The notes beneath the pieces were generated by a model, which had not been told where the DNA came from, searched no databases, and saw only the letters and a program-made list of their open reading frames with translations. Shown here one piece after another: positions 52,924-64,000 of a stretch of DNA of 64,000 nucleotides. Origin of the DNA: Polymyxa betae A26-41 (Eukaryota > Protista > Endomyxa: Phytomyxea); contig RBZT01000855.1 in assembly GCA_003693705.1 (NCBI GenBank), positions 1 through 64,000 of the forward strand. Reading direction: 5' to 3'. The first letter of the stretch is position 1; each line of letters opens with the position of its first letter. The translations under genes were made by a program, and so were the position numbers.

Positions 52924-53408
52924 GGTTGATGATGAGAAACTAAATGGGATTTGGGTTGCGCTCCGGACAGCCGCAACAAATGGAAATGGAAATACAGTAG
53001 GAGGCCATGTATGGGCTGGGCATGGTGATGACGCATGTACTTGGCTACCTTATATTGCAACCTTAATACAAGCAGGAAGCAATTACAATTACAATGTATT
53101 CTTCTTTCAAGTTGCAATCTTCAGAATCCATTTATCTTAGCTGTTGCGTGCCCAAGCCATAGAATTTCGTGAGTCTAAAACTCTTTGGCCAGTAAGCTTA
53201 GTTTGAACGAATGCAAGAATATAACGTATGTTCGTACAATTCGACCTTTTAAAGCGAGTGAACATTTTGGTTTTCTGTATTTGGACTCGACTACGTACTG
53301 TAAGTTTCTTATGTTATGTTACGGGAATCTGGGCTTTAATAGCATCATCCAAGCCATACGGATCTGTAGGCAAAGTTGTAATGGTCTAGCATAAGCAAGG
53401 CAGTAAGC

Positions 53409-54018
53409 ATGGCTGTTATCCAAGAACCCATTCATTACCAGTCCAATGGACTCATGCCTGGGATGGTATCTCGAGTGAAGCATCCTGCGAAACGCCTCTA
53501 TTATCAGCGCCGGATGGCATCATCGCTAGCTTTGCAGACGATCATCTATTACAATGTCTGGTATTCGATTCTCTATTTTGGCCTGATCTTGTTGATTACT
53601 GGATTTAAGGTGGGCCACCGCTTTTAGTTTTTGGATCTTTGCTAATAGCGTCTAGTACAGGACACAGAAAATTAATTCTCAGTCAATCAAGATTATATCT
53701 CCAGTTCTTTTCTCAATTTGGAGTGTCGTCGAAATCTGTCGTTTAGTTCTGGCACACATTGGAAACTTGCAAGAGCGTGTGCAGCATCTGGCTGCATTCT
53801 TCTTTCTATCATTATTCCCACAATTGCTTTTGGTCAGCTACGTAGTTGGCTTGCAACCATACCCAACACCATTAGAAGAAATCGCTGGTGCTATTCAAAT
53901 CACTTTCCTGCTGGCTGAATTGATTGTTGGTTATCATGCCATACGCTATATCATCCGGGTTCAAGCCACTAGATTTAGGCTTGATTATCCATATCAATCT
54001 GCAGTCGAGGCTTTCTGA
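53409..54018 (+). CDS. TMEM17: Ciliary transition-zone protein TMEM17 (Transmemb_17 family)
   Basis: SSLALQTIIYYNVWY, VEICRLVLAHIGNLQERVQHLAAF..LS.FPQ, QATRF. Confidence 0.85.
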
Positions 54019-54283
54019 ATCCATCAGCCGTATCAGTTTTCGGTTTCCACAAAGTTGAGCTTTTCTGTGGTTATATAAGAGCCTTTGTCTTCATACGGCG
54101 ACATAAACAGTCTCTAGGCATAGAAGCTGTAAGAAACTAATTATTCGATATAAACAGTATATCAATAGAATGGGAAGTTCTTGAAGAATTTTCGGATGAT
54201 ATCTGTTCAGAGATTTTCTAGCAAAAATGCGATAAATTACACTTTCTGCGACACCTCTTTAAAGCTCAAAGCTGCAAAGTTAA

Positions 54284-55148
54284 ATGCCGGCGTCATGCTC
54301 GGAGCTGATGCTCGCTGCCGTCCGGATCGCCTGTGCTGAGATCGTCTCTGAGATTGGCTATGGTTATGCCACCGAGTCGGTCAGGGCTTTAGCATACTGA
54401 TGGCTTGCTCTAAAGCTCCTAACTTATCCAGGCTCTGGATACGATGAGCGAAGTTGTCGCTAAATATATCATCAATGTGGCGCTTGGGGCGAAATCCAAT
54501 GCAGAACTAGCTAGGAGAACAAGTATCACCATCTGGGATGCTATCAATTCAATCGAGAATCTGGGCATCGCCCTTCCAGTTCTTTTACAATTTCGCAAGA
54601 TTTCCAACGACCTACCTTTTATTTTTGGTTAGATATATTGTCTACAGTTTGGCATAATGGCTAAGTTTACACTCTCAGATCCATTACCTTTTCCTCAAAC
54701 CAGGAAGATCATTCTTTGTGCTCCGGTCGGGTCGCAGATTCCTCAGCAAAGCGAATCTCTTGTCGGTGCTAATCAAAGACTTAGGATGATTTCTTATATT
54801 TCTATACAGAATGAAGATGTTTCTACTTCTGCCCAAGAAGCTCCATTCGCTCTGCCAGAAATTCCCAGACATCTCCCTTCCCTGCCAGCTCCTCACACAT
54901 ATAAGTTCACTCCTGTATTTCAGAAAGCTAATATTGATCCAAATTCGAGGTAAGTATTTTCTTTCAGATTATTCACAGCAACTGACTTGGATATTAGAAG
55001 GAAAATGATTATTAAACAGAAGCGGCAAGTCGAGAGTTCCCTTGTCAAACTGAATAGGTCGATGCAACAACAAGGTTAGCAATCGCTAAATCCGCTGTCC
55101 ATTTCTGATTTAATGCCGACAGATTCGAACGCTAACAGACCTCATTGA
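54284..55148 (+). CDS. TAF8: TFIID subunit 8 (histone fold + TAF8_C)
   Basis: ACAEIVSEIGY..ATESALDTMSEV..KYI...AELARRT, then IPRHLPSLPAPHTYKFTP and KQKRQVESSLVKL. Confidence 0.85.
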
Positions 55149-55215
55149 ATTTAACGTATGATCTTATTTTCCAGTCATTAATATAAATTGTAGAAATCTT
55201 CTAAAAATTTAGAGC

Positions 55216-58127
55216 TTATAATTTATCGTCTATACTAAAATTTCTTTTTACTGGAGGTGCCCTGTTCACTGTTACATTATTCAAGTTCGATGGCATGCTT
55301 GATTTACGTAATGTTAATCTCTCCCTTCTTTCGCGTTCATCTCTCTCTTTTCTCTGCTGTGCTGCACGAAGGATCATTTCTTCCCTTCTTTTTTCGCTGG
55401 CCTCCTGGCGACGAATATCTTCTTCGGATTGTTCAGGTTTTGCTGTAAGAACAGGAAGTGTAAGGGCTGCCTCATGTTGTTCAGTATCAGCTTCTTGTGA
55501 TTTCCCGGTTTGCTCATCTTTCTGAAGATCCACTGAAATTAACTGGGTTCCTTGAGGAGCACAGTTGGTGTGCTCACTGGAACTCGGCAAGTAAGACGCC
55601 AATTCTTCAATCGGATTGGCAACAGAATCAGTTGAATCAAGAAATTGTGTTGATTCACATTGTTCAGTTGTGCCAGACATCAAGCGTTCACCAGTACCTG
55701 GCAAATAGGACGCTAGTTCTGCAGCGGGCTTGATGGATAAAGCTTGCTCTTTTACCACAGTTTCAGATCCAGTAACATCAGTCGCTTGGAATTTGGTTTC
55801 CTTATCAGATGTAACTCCCGGAGGAAGTGTTGAGGTCTCGCTCGTGTCCTGGACTTTATCCTGGTTTCTTGGTGCTATGAGATTAGGTGTAATCTGGTTC
55901 CTGTTCCCCTGTGTTTTATCACAGTGATTACTTGGTTCTGGTATTTTTCCTGAACGCTCAGAGAAATTTTCCTTATTTAAATAATCTTGATTTGGTTGCC
56001 CCGGTCTGTCATCAAATGCAATGTGAGGGATATGCTTCTTGAGAAAAGTTTCCGTTGGTCGGTGCAAACTATTTTGGAACCGTGGACTTTGCACTTGCAT
56101 AAACTCTAACCTACGCATGCTCAACTGCTCAACGTCGTTCTGTAGACGAGAAATTTCCCGTAGAAGCGATCTGCATCGTAATTGTTCATCTTCGTAGCGT
56201 GACTGAATTCTCTCTTCTTCGTTCAAGCGATCTTGTAGTTCTTTCGACAGCGATAATATTTGATTTTGTGAAACCTTCTGCTGATTGCTAGACTCCGATT
56301 TGAAAACTTTTAGTGCAACTTCATGTTGTGCTTCCAGACTTGCGATAGCCGCCTCATGACTCTTCCTGTCATCCTCAAGTTGTCGCTGCAGGAGACAGAT
56401 TTTCAAGTGGAGGTTTCCGTTCTCTTCTTTGAGTTCCCCGAGCTTGAGCTCCAAGCTCTGTCTTTCATTAATGTACATCTAAAACAAACAATATGATCTA
56501 CCTGCTTCAAATCAGAAACATGAGTTAATTGTTGGTGCAATTCGTTGACCCTGCTGCGGGCCTCGTCCAAATTCACTACAGCTATTGTTATCGTTATGTG
56601 TTGAAAGCAAACCACGTCTATACCCTTCAATGTGTTGAGTTCATGCAGATGAAGTGATTGTTGTTGCAGTTGACTCTGGGCCTCCGAAAGTTCCATTTTA
56701 CATTTCTGGAATGCTTCTGCTTCTTGATCCAACCATTGACGCTTCTCATTGTATTCCTTGATTACATATTCGAGTTGTTGTTTTTCCTGCCTCTGGAGGT
56801 AGCTATAGCTCGAATCGTACTGCAGAACTTTAAAGACTGAAATATTCGAAGATTTGCGAATTTACTTCAGCTGCATTTAGCTCCATAGCGTATGCTTTTC
56901 GCTCCAGCTCCTTCTCGAAAACGTTCGCCCGGAGTTTTGCATCTTCGAGCTCTTTACGTAATGATTCCCGCTCCAGCTGTAATGCTCGTCGTTCCAGTTC
57001 GACGCCTCGTTTCAAATCTATATCTCTGATAGAAGTTACATTCCGCATTAAAAAAAGATAATCTGAGAGCTAACCTTAATCTGATGGTCTCTATTTCGGC
57101 AAGTAATTGTTGCCTACGTTCATATTCAAGTGACTCTAACGTCTGCTTTCTTTTCTGCAACTGGCGATCTTGTTCTTGTTCTTGGATTCGGAGCTGTTGT
57201 AATCGCTCTAAACCGTTATCAGTTGAGATCGATGCTCTTATAAAGTTAGAGCACCTTGATGCTGTTTTTCGAAGGACTGTCGAATCGCATTAAGCTCCTG
57301 CTGGTACTTTTCGCTTTCGCTTATTCTAACAGCTGCGATCTCTGTTGTACGAATCCTTTCAACTTCCTGAAGAGAATCACTACAGGAAACGATTGCATCA
57401 TTGAGTAAAACCTGTTGCAGAGTCTCGGCTGCTCTTTGTTCAACTTCTCGAATCTGTGTCGCTATCCTTTCTTCGAATGAGCGCTTAGTAGCTTCATCCT
57501 CTTCATCGGACCGGCGTTTGAACCTATGCTTGAGCATGAATGCCAGTACTGCTTTTTGAAAAATTCCGAAAACTTCTGCTCGAGTAGACGTAGGCTTGAT
57601 TGAAGCATATCATCTGGTACTCTTTCTGTTTGAACAGAACAGGACTTAATAGGCCTATTAAGACTGAAAGAACCAATCAATCTTCTAAAGAGCGCGTTCG
57701 CAAAAGCATACCGAGTTGCAAGTTCTACGATAGAAGCTAATATGCTTTTCGATGCTGCATTGGCCGCAATAATTTGTTCAGGTAAATTCAGCATTCGCTC
57801 TAAATCACAGGCTTTAAATACATCCGGATCTGTTCCAGACTCCGAAAGGAACACAGAGAGCGCATAAGAATGATCATGCCGAGAGAGGAAATCGGCAACG
57901 ATCACATTGAATGCACGATCTGTGCCTGAGATCTGTTTGGCCTGGCCATCGCTGCTTCGGGCGCCGGCCTGGCGCAGCTCACATAATATCTGTTTTCTGA
58001 GCTGCGCTCGCAGTCGATCTAGAACTCCAGTCGTCTCCAGCCGATGATGGAGACGCCTTTGTAGGTGATCCAACGATATTCCAATGGCACCGTCGTCTTC
58101 ATATAGCATTGGACTGTGGTCTGGCAT
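55216..58127 (-). CDS. OFD1: OFD1-like centriolar protein (LisH + coiled coils)
   Basis: LHHRLETTGVLDRLRAQLRKQILCEL...FNVIVADFL..HDHSYALSVFLSESG, followed by extensive coiled coil. Confidence 0.78.
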
Positions 58128-58426
58128 GGGCCTCTTCCGACTCTTTAGATTTGGATCATCGACAGATAGCTCATCATAGGGATGCGTGGTTTGATAACTG
58201 CCCAATGAGAGTGACGTGTTCTGGTTTCTGTTGAATGCCTACTGTAATGTTACATAGGTGGTTCCACCTCCTGCTTAAAACGTCTTTATTTTTTCCTTCA
58301 AAGGCACAGAAAGAAATGAGATCCGTCAAGTGGTTCTTCGCTTCGACGCCGTTTTCAAACAGCTGGAAAGCTTCCGCAGTTCTCTTGTGATACAATTGCC
58401 GCTGTCTCTCTAATCTGTGCTTGCCT

Positions 58427-59887
58427 ATGGGAATCAAGAATTTGTCGTCATGGTTTATTCGAAGCCTTCCACTTGATACACTAAAGCGTATCGATACTCT
58501 CAATCCCGTTCATACGCTTGCTATTGATTTGAATGAGACGCTACATAGAGCTATGAACCAAGCTAAAGATAACGAAAATCGTTTCTACAAAAGGGTAATT
58601 GCCTTACTGACAGAATTAGTCGAAAGCACCAGACCACGACATAATATTGGCATCTTCTTAGATGGAGTCGCTCCGTCTGCAAAACTCTTACTTCAAATCA
58701 AACGTCGCCGGTCGAGCCCCCCTAGTTCCATGTTTACAGCCCCATTGTTTTCAAGTTTGGCAATCACACCTGGAACCCCAGCCATGAGGTCGATCGCCGA
58801 AGAGATCAGATTCAGATTTGGTGCTCCTGCGCATGGAATCCATTTCAGTTGCAGTGACGAGCCTGGAGAAGGAGAAGTGAAAATTGTGAAATGGATAAGA
58901 AGCATTCCTAAGCAGGATCTTGGCAATGTGCTCATAATCGGGGCAGATGCCGACTTCCTTCCAATTGCATGCATGCAGAAGGGGCTGCATTATTCGCGTA
59001 TATGTCTCGACATGCCTAATTACAAGACAGTTCCTATCCAGGGGTTCAGTCAATTTATATCCAGCGAAACCGAAATCGAGAAGGGCCGAATGGAAGATAT
59101 TTCGATACTGTTAATGATGCTGGGGAACGATTATCTGCCGAAAGTTGCAGGATTATCACCGGATGTTGCACTATCTGCATATCGGGCTGCAGGGTTTCCG
59201 CGCCTTGTTCAAATTTATCGGTCAACGGGAATGGCGTCTCTAAACAGATACAACATCATACGGCTGTTTGAACATTTGCATTCGATATTGCACCCAAAGT
59301 TCAAATGCTACCATGATAGCTCAGATTGCTCGGAATCGCTTGGCGATGATGGCGAAAATGAAAGCAACGAACTTGATATTAAGGCCTTCTTTGAAGGCAT
59401 CGCATGGATGGCTTCTATGTATCATACTGGCGAATGCCCGGATTATACATTTCGTTTGAAGAACAGGTCCTCAACTATACCTGTCTCGAACTGTTTAGAA
59501 TGGCTAAAAACTTCTTCACCTGAAAATATTGTATCTCCTGTATCAAACGAGCCGCCAATGGATGCCGATCTCGCTCAATTAATAATGATGCCGCTCTGGG
59601 GTCGATCTATGGTCCAACCGTATCTCCGGGGTCTTATGGATCCAGATTCTGAGTTGGGCTATTATTTTCATCATCCTTGCCATATCTGTGCTGGATATCG
59701 TGAAGTAATTCGGACTTTCCAAGACTCTGCAATGTTCGATGATTCGCCTGAAGCTGCCGATTTCAGGAGGAATATATTGGTCGAGCACGCCCTTCACATC
59801 CAGGAAACACATTCGTCTATCTGGACATCGCCTCCTATTAAAAGAATCAGATCACAGTTAAATATGTTACGGAATTCAAATAGATGA
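58427..59887 (+). CDS. Short, intronless XRN-family 5'-3' exoribonuclease
   Basis: MGI, LAIDLN..LH, LDGVAPSAKL..Q..RR, ITPGT, EPGEGEVKI, GADAD, LGNDYLP, FEGIAWM..MY. Confidence 0.88.
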   Translation: MGIKNLSSWFIRSLPLDTLKRIDTLNPVHTLAIDLNETLHRAMNQAKDNENRFYKRVIALLTELVESTRPRHNIGIFLDGVAPSAKLLLQIKRRRSSPPSSMFTAPLFSSLAITPGTPAMRSIAEEIRFRFGAPAHGIHFSCSDEPGEGEVKIVKWIRSIPKQDLGNVLIIGADADFLPIACMQKGLHYSRICLDMPNYKTVPIQGFSQFISSETEIEKGRMEDISILLMMLGNDYLPKVAGLSPDVALSAYRAAGFPRLVQIYRSTGMASLNRYNIIRLFEHLHSILHPKFKCYHDSSDCSESLGDDGENESNELDIKAFFEGIAWMASMYHTGECPDYTFRLKNRSSTIPVSNCLEWLKTSSPENIVSPVSNEPPMDADLAQLIMMPLWGRSMVQPYLRGLMDPDSELGYYFHHPCHICAGYREVIRTFQDSAMFDDSPEAADFRRNILVEHALHIQETHSSIWTSPPIKRIRSQLNMLRNSNR

Positions 59888-60256
59888 GGTATTGTTTATT
59901 TACAACACGGCAGCAATCGCTTGCCATCTGGAATGTGATCGAATGCTGATTAGCCGCCTAGACGGTGATCTGGGAAGGTTTCAATCCAAAGCACGCTTCG
60001 CTCTTGTCAAAGTTCGTCAAGCGTTGCATTAACCGACAGACATCGTTGCTCACAGATATGGATCTTCTGCACAGATAGCCCATTTTATACCTTTCCCTGC
60101 TAACTGTATTGGAGGCATTGCGGCGAACAGGAGTGATATGTTACATATTAGGAACTGACTTGGAAATGGTGTTACACGAATGACAGGAGATGGAAGTATG
60201 AGACATCATTGAGAGTTCATTCATCTCTCTGTATTGGCAGTCTCAAGCCCAATAAG

Positions 60257-60637
60257 ATGTCACTGAAGAGATCTAAGCACGCCGCGAAGAGCAAATCAGG
60301 TGGCTTACCGATACCTAGTAATGGCTGTCGTGCTACAAAGTAGAGGACTGCTATGGTGACTGGTGTCATAGTCAGCGAAGAACCCAAGATTCAAACTGGA
60401 ACAAAGTATGAACCGGATTGTGAGCTATATATTTGGGATATGGATCCAAAGTTCGGACCGAGTAAAGGATTGACGCGCTTGGAAAGATGGCTACGAGCTA
60501 AGGCTCTGGGACTGGACCGTAAAAAGAAACACCTTGAGCTTGTAACCATTTCCCTAACATTTTCCTCAGCCCCTGAATCCGTCTACGCAAAGCTACAACA
60601 ACATCCAGATCAGTATGGAAAATGGGAAGCCATCTAG
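60257..60637 (+). CDS. POLD4: DNA polymerase delta subunit 4 (p12)
   Basis: WDMDPKFGPSKGLTRLERWLRAKALGLDPPESV after splicing. Start approximate. Confidence 0.85.
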
Positions 60638-60847
60638 TTGAAGAGCAACTGGAACCTAACGTATTGGTTTATCGTCCGAATCAAGTATATATGCAAGGAA
60701 ATCTGACAGCCATAAGCCAATATAATCGCCAGTCAATAAAAAGGCCCTTCCATAATGGTTAATGACACGCAGTTATTTTCTTATTAGAGTTCTGCATAGC
60801 AAAAACATCAGAACCTTTGAAATTTTGTTCGTGAGCTTTCCGATGCA

Positions 60848-61568
60848 ATGACGAACACCAACCGCTCGCAGGAGCTTAATGATTCGATATTATGTAATAA
60901 CACCAATGTATGTGAATGCATGGTTGTTGGTTGGCGGTTATACTGGAAAAATCGCTCACCATCGTCTGGGATCGGCGCTTTTTTGACGGTTGTGCATCAG
61001 GATTTAAGGTCGAATTCTGAATCCCAAGACGCCACACAACCGCAGCCACCCAGTGACATCGATTGTACTGAATTCAAAAGACAATTCGCATGCTCCATCT
61101 GTGCTGCCAACTTTCCAAACGAAGCAGCACGAACTGACCATAGAAAAATTCATTTGTATTCGACTCCCTCACATGCCACAATCACTCACACTAATCATAC
61201 TTGTAGTGCAAATAGGACACTCGCTTGCAATTTATGTAGCAAAACTTTCCTTCTAATGTCATACTTTCATGAGCATGGTTTGGGTCGCAGTTGACTTTTG
61301 GCGTTTGATTGATTCTCGTTGCATTGCAGCCAAGGCCCATAATGTAAGCGAGGAGTTTCAGTGCAAAAGTTGTCCTGAGAGATTTGCAACCAACGGGTTT
61401 GGAGCTTCCGAGTATCTGTATTTCAAAAGTTGTAATATGCTCTTCAGTGACTTAAAAAGGCATATGAAATTGCACAGCGGCGTACCAAGATTCCATTGCC
61501 CGCTATGCCCAAGACATTTTTCACATTCAAGTTCTAGGGCAAGACATATGGCTATCCATCAAAAATAG
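60848..61568 (+). CDS. C2H2 zinc-finger protein (4 fingers)
   Basis: CSIC...HRKIH; CNLC...HAKAH; CKSC...HMKLHSGVPRFHCPLC...HMAIH. Confidence 0.85.
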
Positions 61569-61624
61569 CTGAATCGATCGATTGGAATGTAATATAGAAT
61601 CACAGAATGTATCATTTCTGACAA

Positions 61625-62924
61625 TTAACAGGGGGATTTGGTAGGTTGAAAGGCACATTTCACGACGACGTTTATGGGCTTGCTGGCTTGCTGGGCCTTT
61701 TTCTTCATCTTCTGGAGAACAGCTCCACCGTATGCGTAAATCATTAAAGAAGTGCACATGGCAGCGACTGACAGCCACTTTAACCAATCGGGTTTCTTCT
61801 CATCCTTGAATAGGAAGTAGCAAGCACCGATGACGATTAAACGACGAGGAGCACCCAAAGCTCTAGTCAGAGCAGCGCTGGCAAACGACGTCGCAGCAAT
61901 GCTGGAAAACAGCATAATAGGTCGGACGGTGAACAAACCAATCGAGATTGCAATTAGACCGTTGGTGCCATACTTGTCGGCAGTCAAGCTGCAATAACGA
62001 GGCCAATTGGAGACTTCTGGCATTCCCAACATAGGTAGAAGGAAAATGAACATGAACAGAGCCTGGAAAGCGTTCTGCCGCAAATTTGAGTCGAGAACTA
62101 AATCACCGACTTTTCACTCACGTTTTCAGCAATGCACAGCATCTCGCTCTTCTGGTTTTCGTGACGAACGAATTTGTATGTTGTGACTCCCAGTAATCCC
62201 AATGAGGCAGCGCTCGCGAATGATGCCACGGCAGCTAACACAAACTGTAAAGAATCTCCATCGTTTTCCTTCTTGTCTGTACTGCCTGAAAAAATTGACA
62301 GACATGATGCAGAGAACATGGTGCCGATCGCCAGATAATGCCAAGCTGTGAACTGAGCTTGCAATGAGTACAATCGGAAAGGAAAAGGATCCAGCACACT
62401 CACATGTTTCTTGGTGAACATTTTAGAGAACGTGACCGAGAACACGATCGAGCTCGCCTTTAATACAGTGTAGATGGCAACATGAAGACCAAGTGCACCA
62501 ACGGCACCGCAATAGGAGTTGACGGCGTCGAGAAATCCCATGAGGGCGTACATCGACATGCGGTATTTCCCATTGGGTACGTAAATGTAGCCTTGCGAAT
62601 AGATGGACATGGCGATCCAGATCATCAAGGATATCGGGAAACTGCAGGCTTCCACGAGCGTGATGTAGACCGACATGTCGATTTTAGCTTTGCCGTCGCG
62701 AACATATTTGAAAGGCTGACAGAGAATGGTGTGAGCCGCACGAGCCGCTATTAGAAAGCAGGCGATAATAATGACGGTGACGTTCTTCGACAAGGGACTC
62801 CGCAGCTTCGTTGGCTTCCAATAGCAGTCAACGACCATTGAAAGAACGCAAGAAGCCACCGCTCTCCTACCTTGTCGTGAATAGGATGACGATCGACTAC
62901 CTCAGAGGCATGCTGGGCGGCCAT
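61625..62924 (-). CDS. DMT-superfamily transporter (nucleotide-sugar/purine permease-like)
   Basis: About 10 hydrophobic helices; IYTVLKASSIVFSVTFSKMF resembles DMT/SLC35/PUP segments. Confidence 0.7.
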
Positions 62925-63412
62925 GTAGTGGTCGATAACGAGCACACAATCTCACTAGTCGAGACACAGACGGGATCTGAGACTGGAGATTATTCCAGGC
63001 CCGGGGGGCGGCATGACCAGGCCGCGGTCACGCAGGCGTTTGTTCGGACTTGCGGAGACTGGCGGAGGTCGGCGAACTGGGACCTGGATTTGAGCGCCCC
63101 CGAGGGGGGCCTCTTCTAATGTGAGTTACGCCGTGTTCATCTCTATCCTTTCGTCCTTACGAAACCAAACATCATCGTGATGATCACAAACGACCGTCCT
63201 AACGATAACATGCTCGACGCATCTCCTTTTTTCACCTAGAGCGATTGGAAGTGTGACCAGGCCCGCAATTAAAGTTGGAACGTTTCGAACGAAGACGTTT
63301 AAGTCTTTGGGCCCGAAATCGCTTAAAGCGAAATTACAACGTCCTGGATTTATGCGATGATTTAGGCTTGTTATTTTTATACAATATATTAATATGATAG
63401 CCGATCGAGATG

Positions 63413-64000
63413 TCAGCCTTGCATTAATAGCAACGGTCGATTCTTTGAATTCGTTGATGACTGGAATGGATTCTCCTTGACCGAGACCTTGGCCTCCAAA
63501 AAAATCTCCTTCTGCTGATTGATTACGGAATGCAGCCGAGCGATATCGGAGGTCAGTTTTTCGCGTTCGTTGTGGTTGGTTACGAACAACGAATGGAGGA
63601 CTGCAGCAAATAATTAGGAGCCGATTAACATTAGCAGACGGAATGCTTCGTACGCTGAGGAGGACTGTGCTGAACTGTTGAAGTGCTGAGATGATGCTGA
63701 ATATCTTCAACGTCATGAGACAGTTTCGATATACAATCTTTGAACTCTTCAATTTTCGCCCAGAAGTACCTGGGCGTTCAGATAAGCATAGGAAACAACC
63801 ACAACAGGATACGAATTGATTACGGTGAAGGCAACTGAGGCCATAGTTGCTGAATAGACTTATGCTTAAGACGAGCATTGGCGAATAATGCTTGCTCGCC
63901 ATACTTTAGCTCTTTTCTCACCTAAAAAGAGTTTGTGAATTAGCAGCGTGACAAGAAGGCGAAACACTTCTTTTTGGCGCGATTTAATTACAAAGCAACT
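63413..64000 (-). CDS. 3' part of a Nup58/Nup49-like nucleoporin (gene continues beyond the window)
   Basis: Spliced frame absent from the ORF track: EKELKYGEQ...QLPSPYFWAKIEEFKDCISKL..DVEDIQHHL...PQLLHSLF...LTSDIARLHSVINQQKEIFL....ENPF; stop at 63413-63415. Confidence 0.65.

Noticed and set aside
53409-58127. TMEM17 and OFD1 as a ciliary gene cluster
   Set aside because: They are separated by TAF8 and lie on opposite strands; chance is a sufficient explanation.
60908-61000. 93-nt frame-preserving intron in the zinc-finger gene as a nested intron
   Set aside because: It has no internal AG, so it cannot hold an inner intron. At most it is a retainable intron.
1-64000. tRNA, rRNA or snoRNA genes
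   Set aside because: No convincing cloverleaf, rRNA segment or paired C/D boxes seen by eye; a covariance-model scan is needed to exclude them.

Overview
Very gene-dense eukaryotic DNA. About 29 protein-coding genes are split by many short spliceosomal introns (mostly ~45-60 nt), which is why the ORF track is fragmented. Ciliary genes (TMEM17, OFD1), the tiny introns and TT(T)(T)AGGG motifs point to a flagellated protist; a plasmodiophorid/phytomyxid is my inference only. Most genes are housekeeping: M1 aminopeptidase, VPS15, CLC, S8 protease, SHMT, CK1/TTBK-type kinase, PDI, rhomboid, RSL1D1, mL54, RNR small subunit, FIGNL1, U2A', SLC12, AspRS, TAF8, POLD4 and a Nup58-like gene. Main highlights: (1) a nested [D1,2] spliceosomal twin intron (stwintron) at 1636-1733 whose two-step removal rebuilds the GAMEN motif of the aminopeptidase; (2) a PB1-fused PARG homologue that has lost the catalytic loop; (3) a 1170-bp non-autonomous Mutator-like element with 49-bp TIRs and a 9-bp TSD just upstream of the RNR small subunit; (4) an 18-bp perfect inverted repeat linking two FIGNL1 introns; (5) tandem telomere-like motifs inside introns; (6) a compositionally odd ~10-kb island; (7) an intronless minimal XRN. 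Gene models were spliced by eye, so some start codons are approximate.
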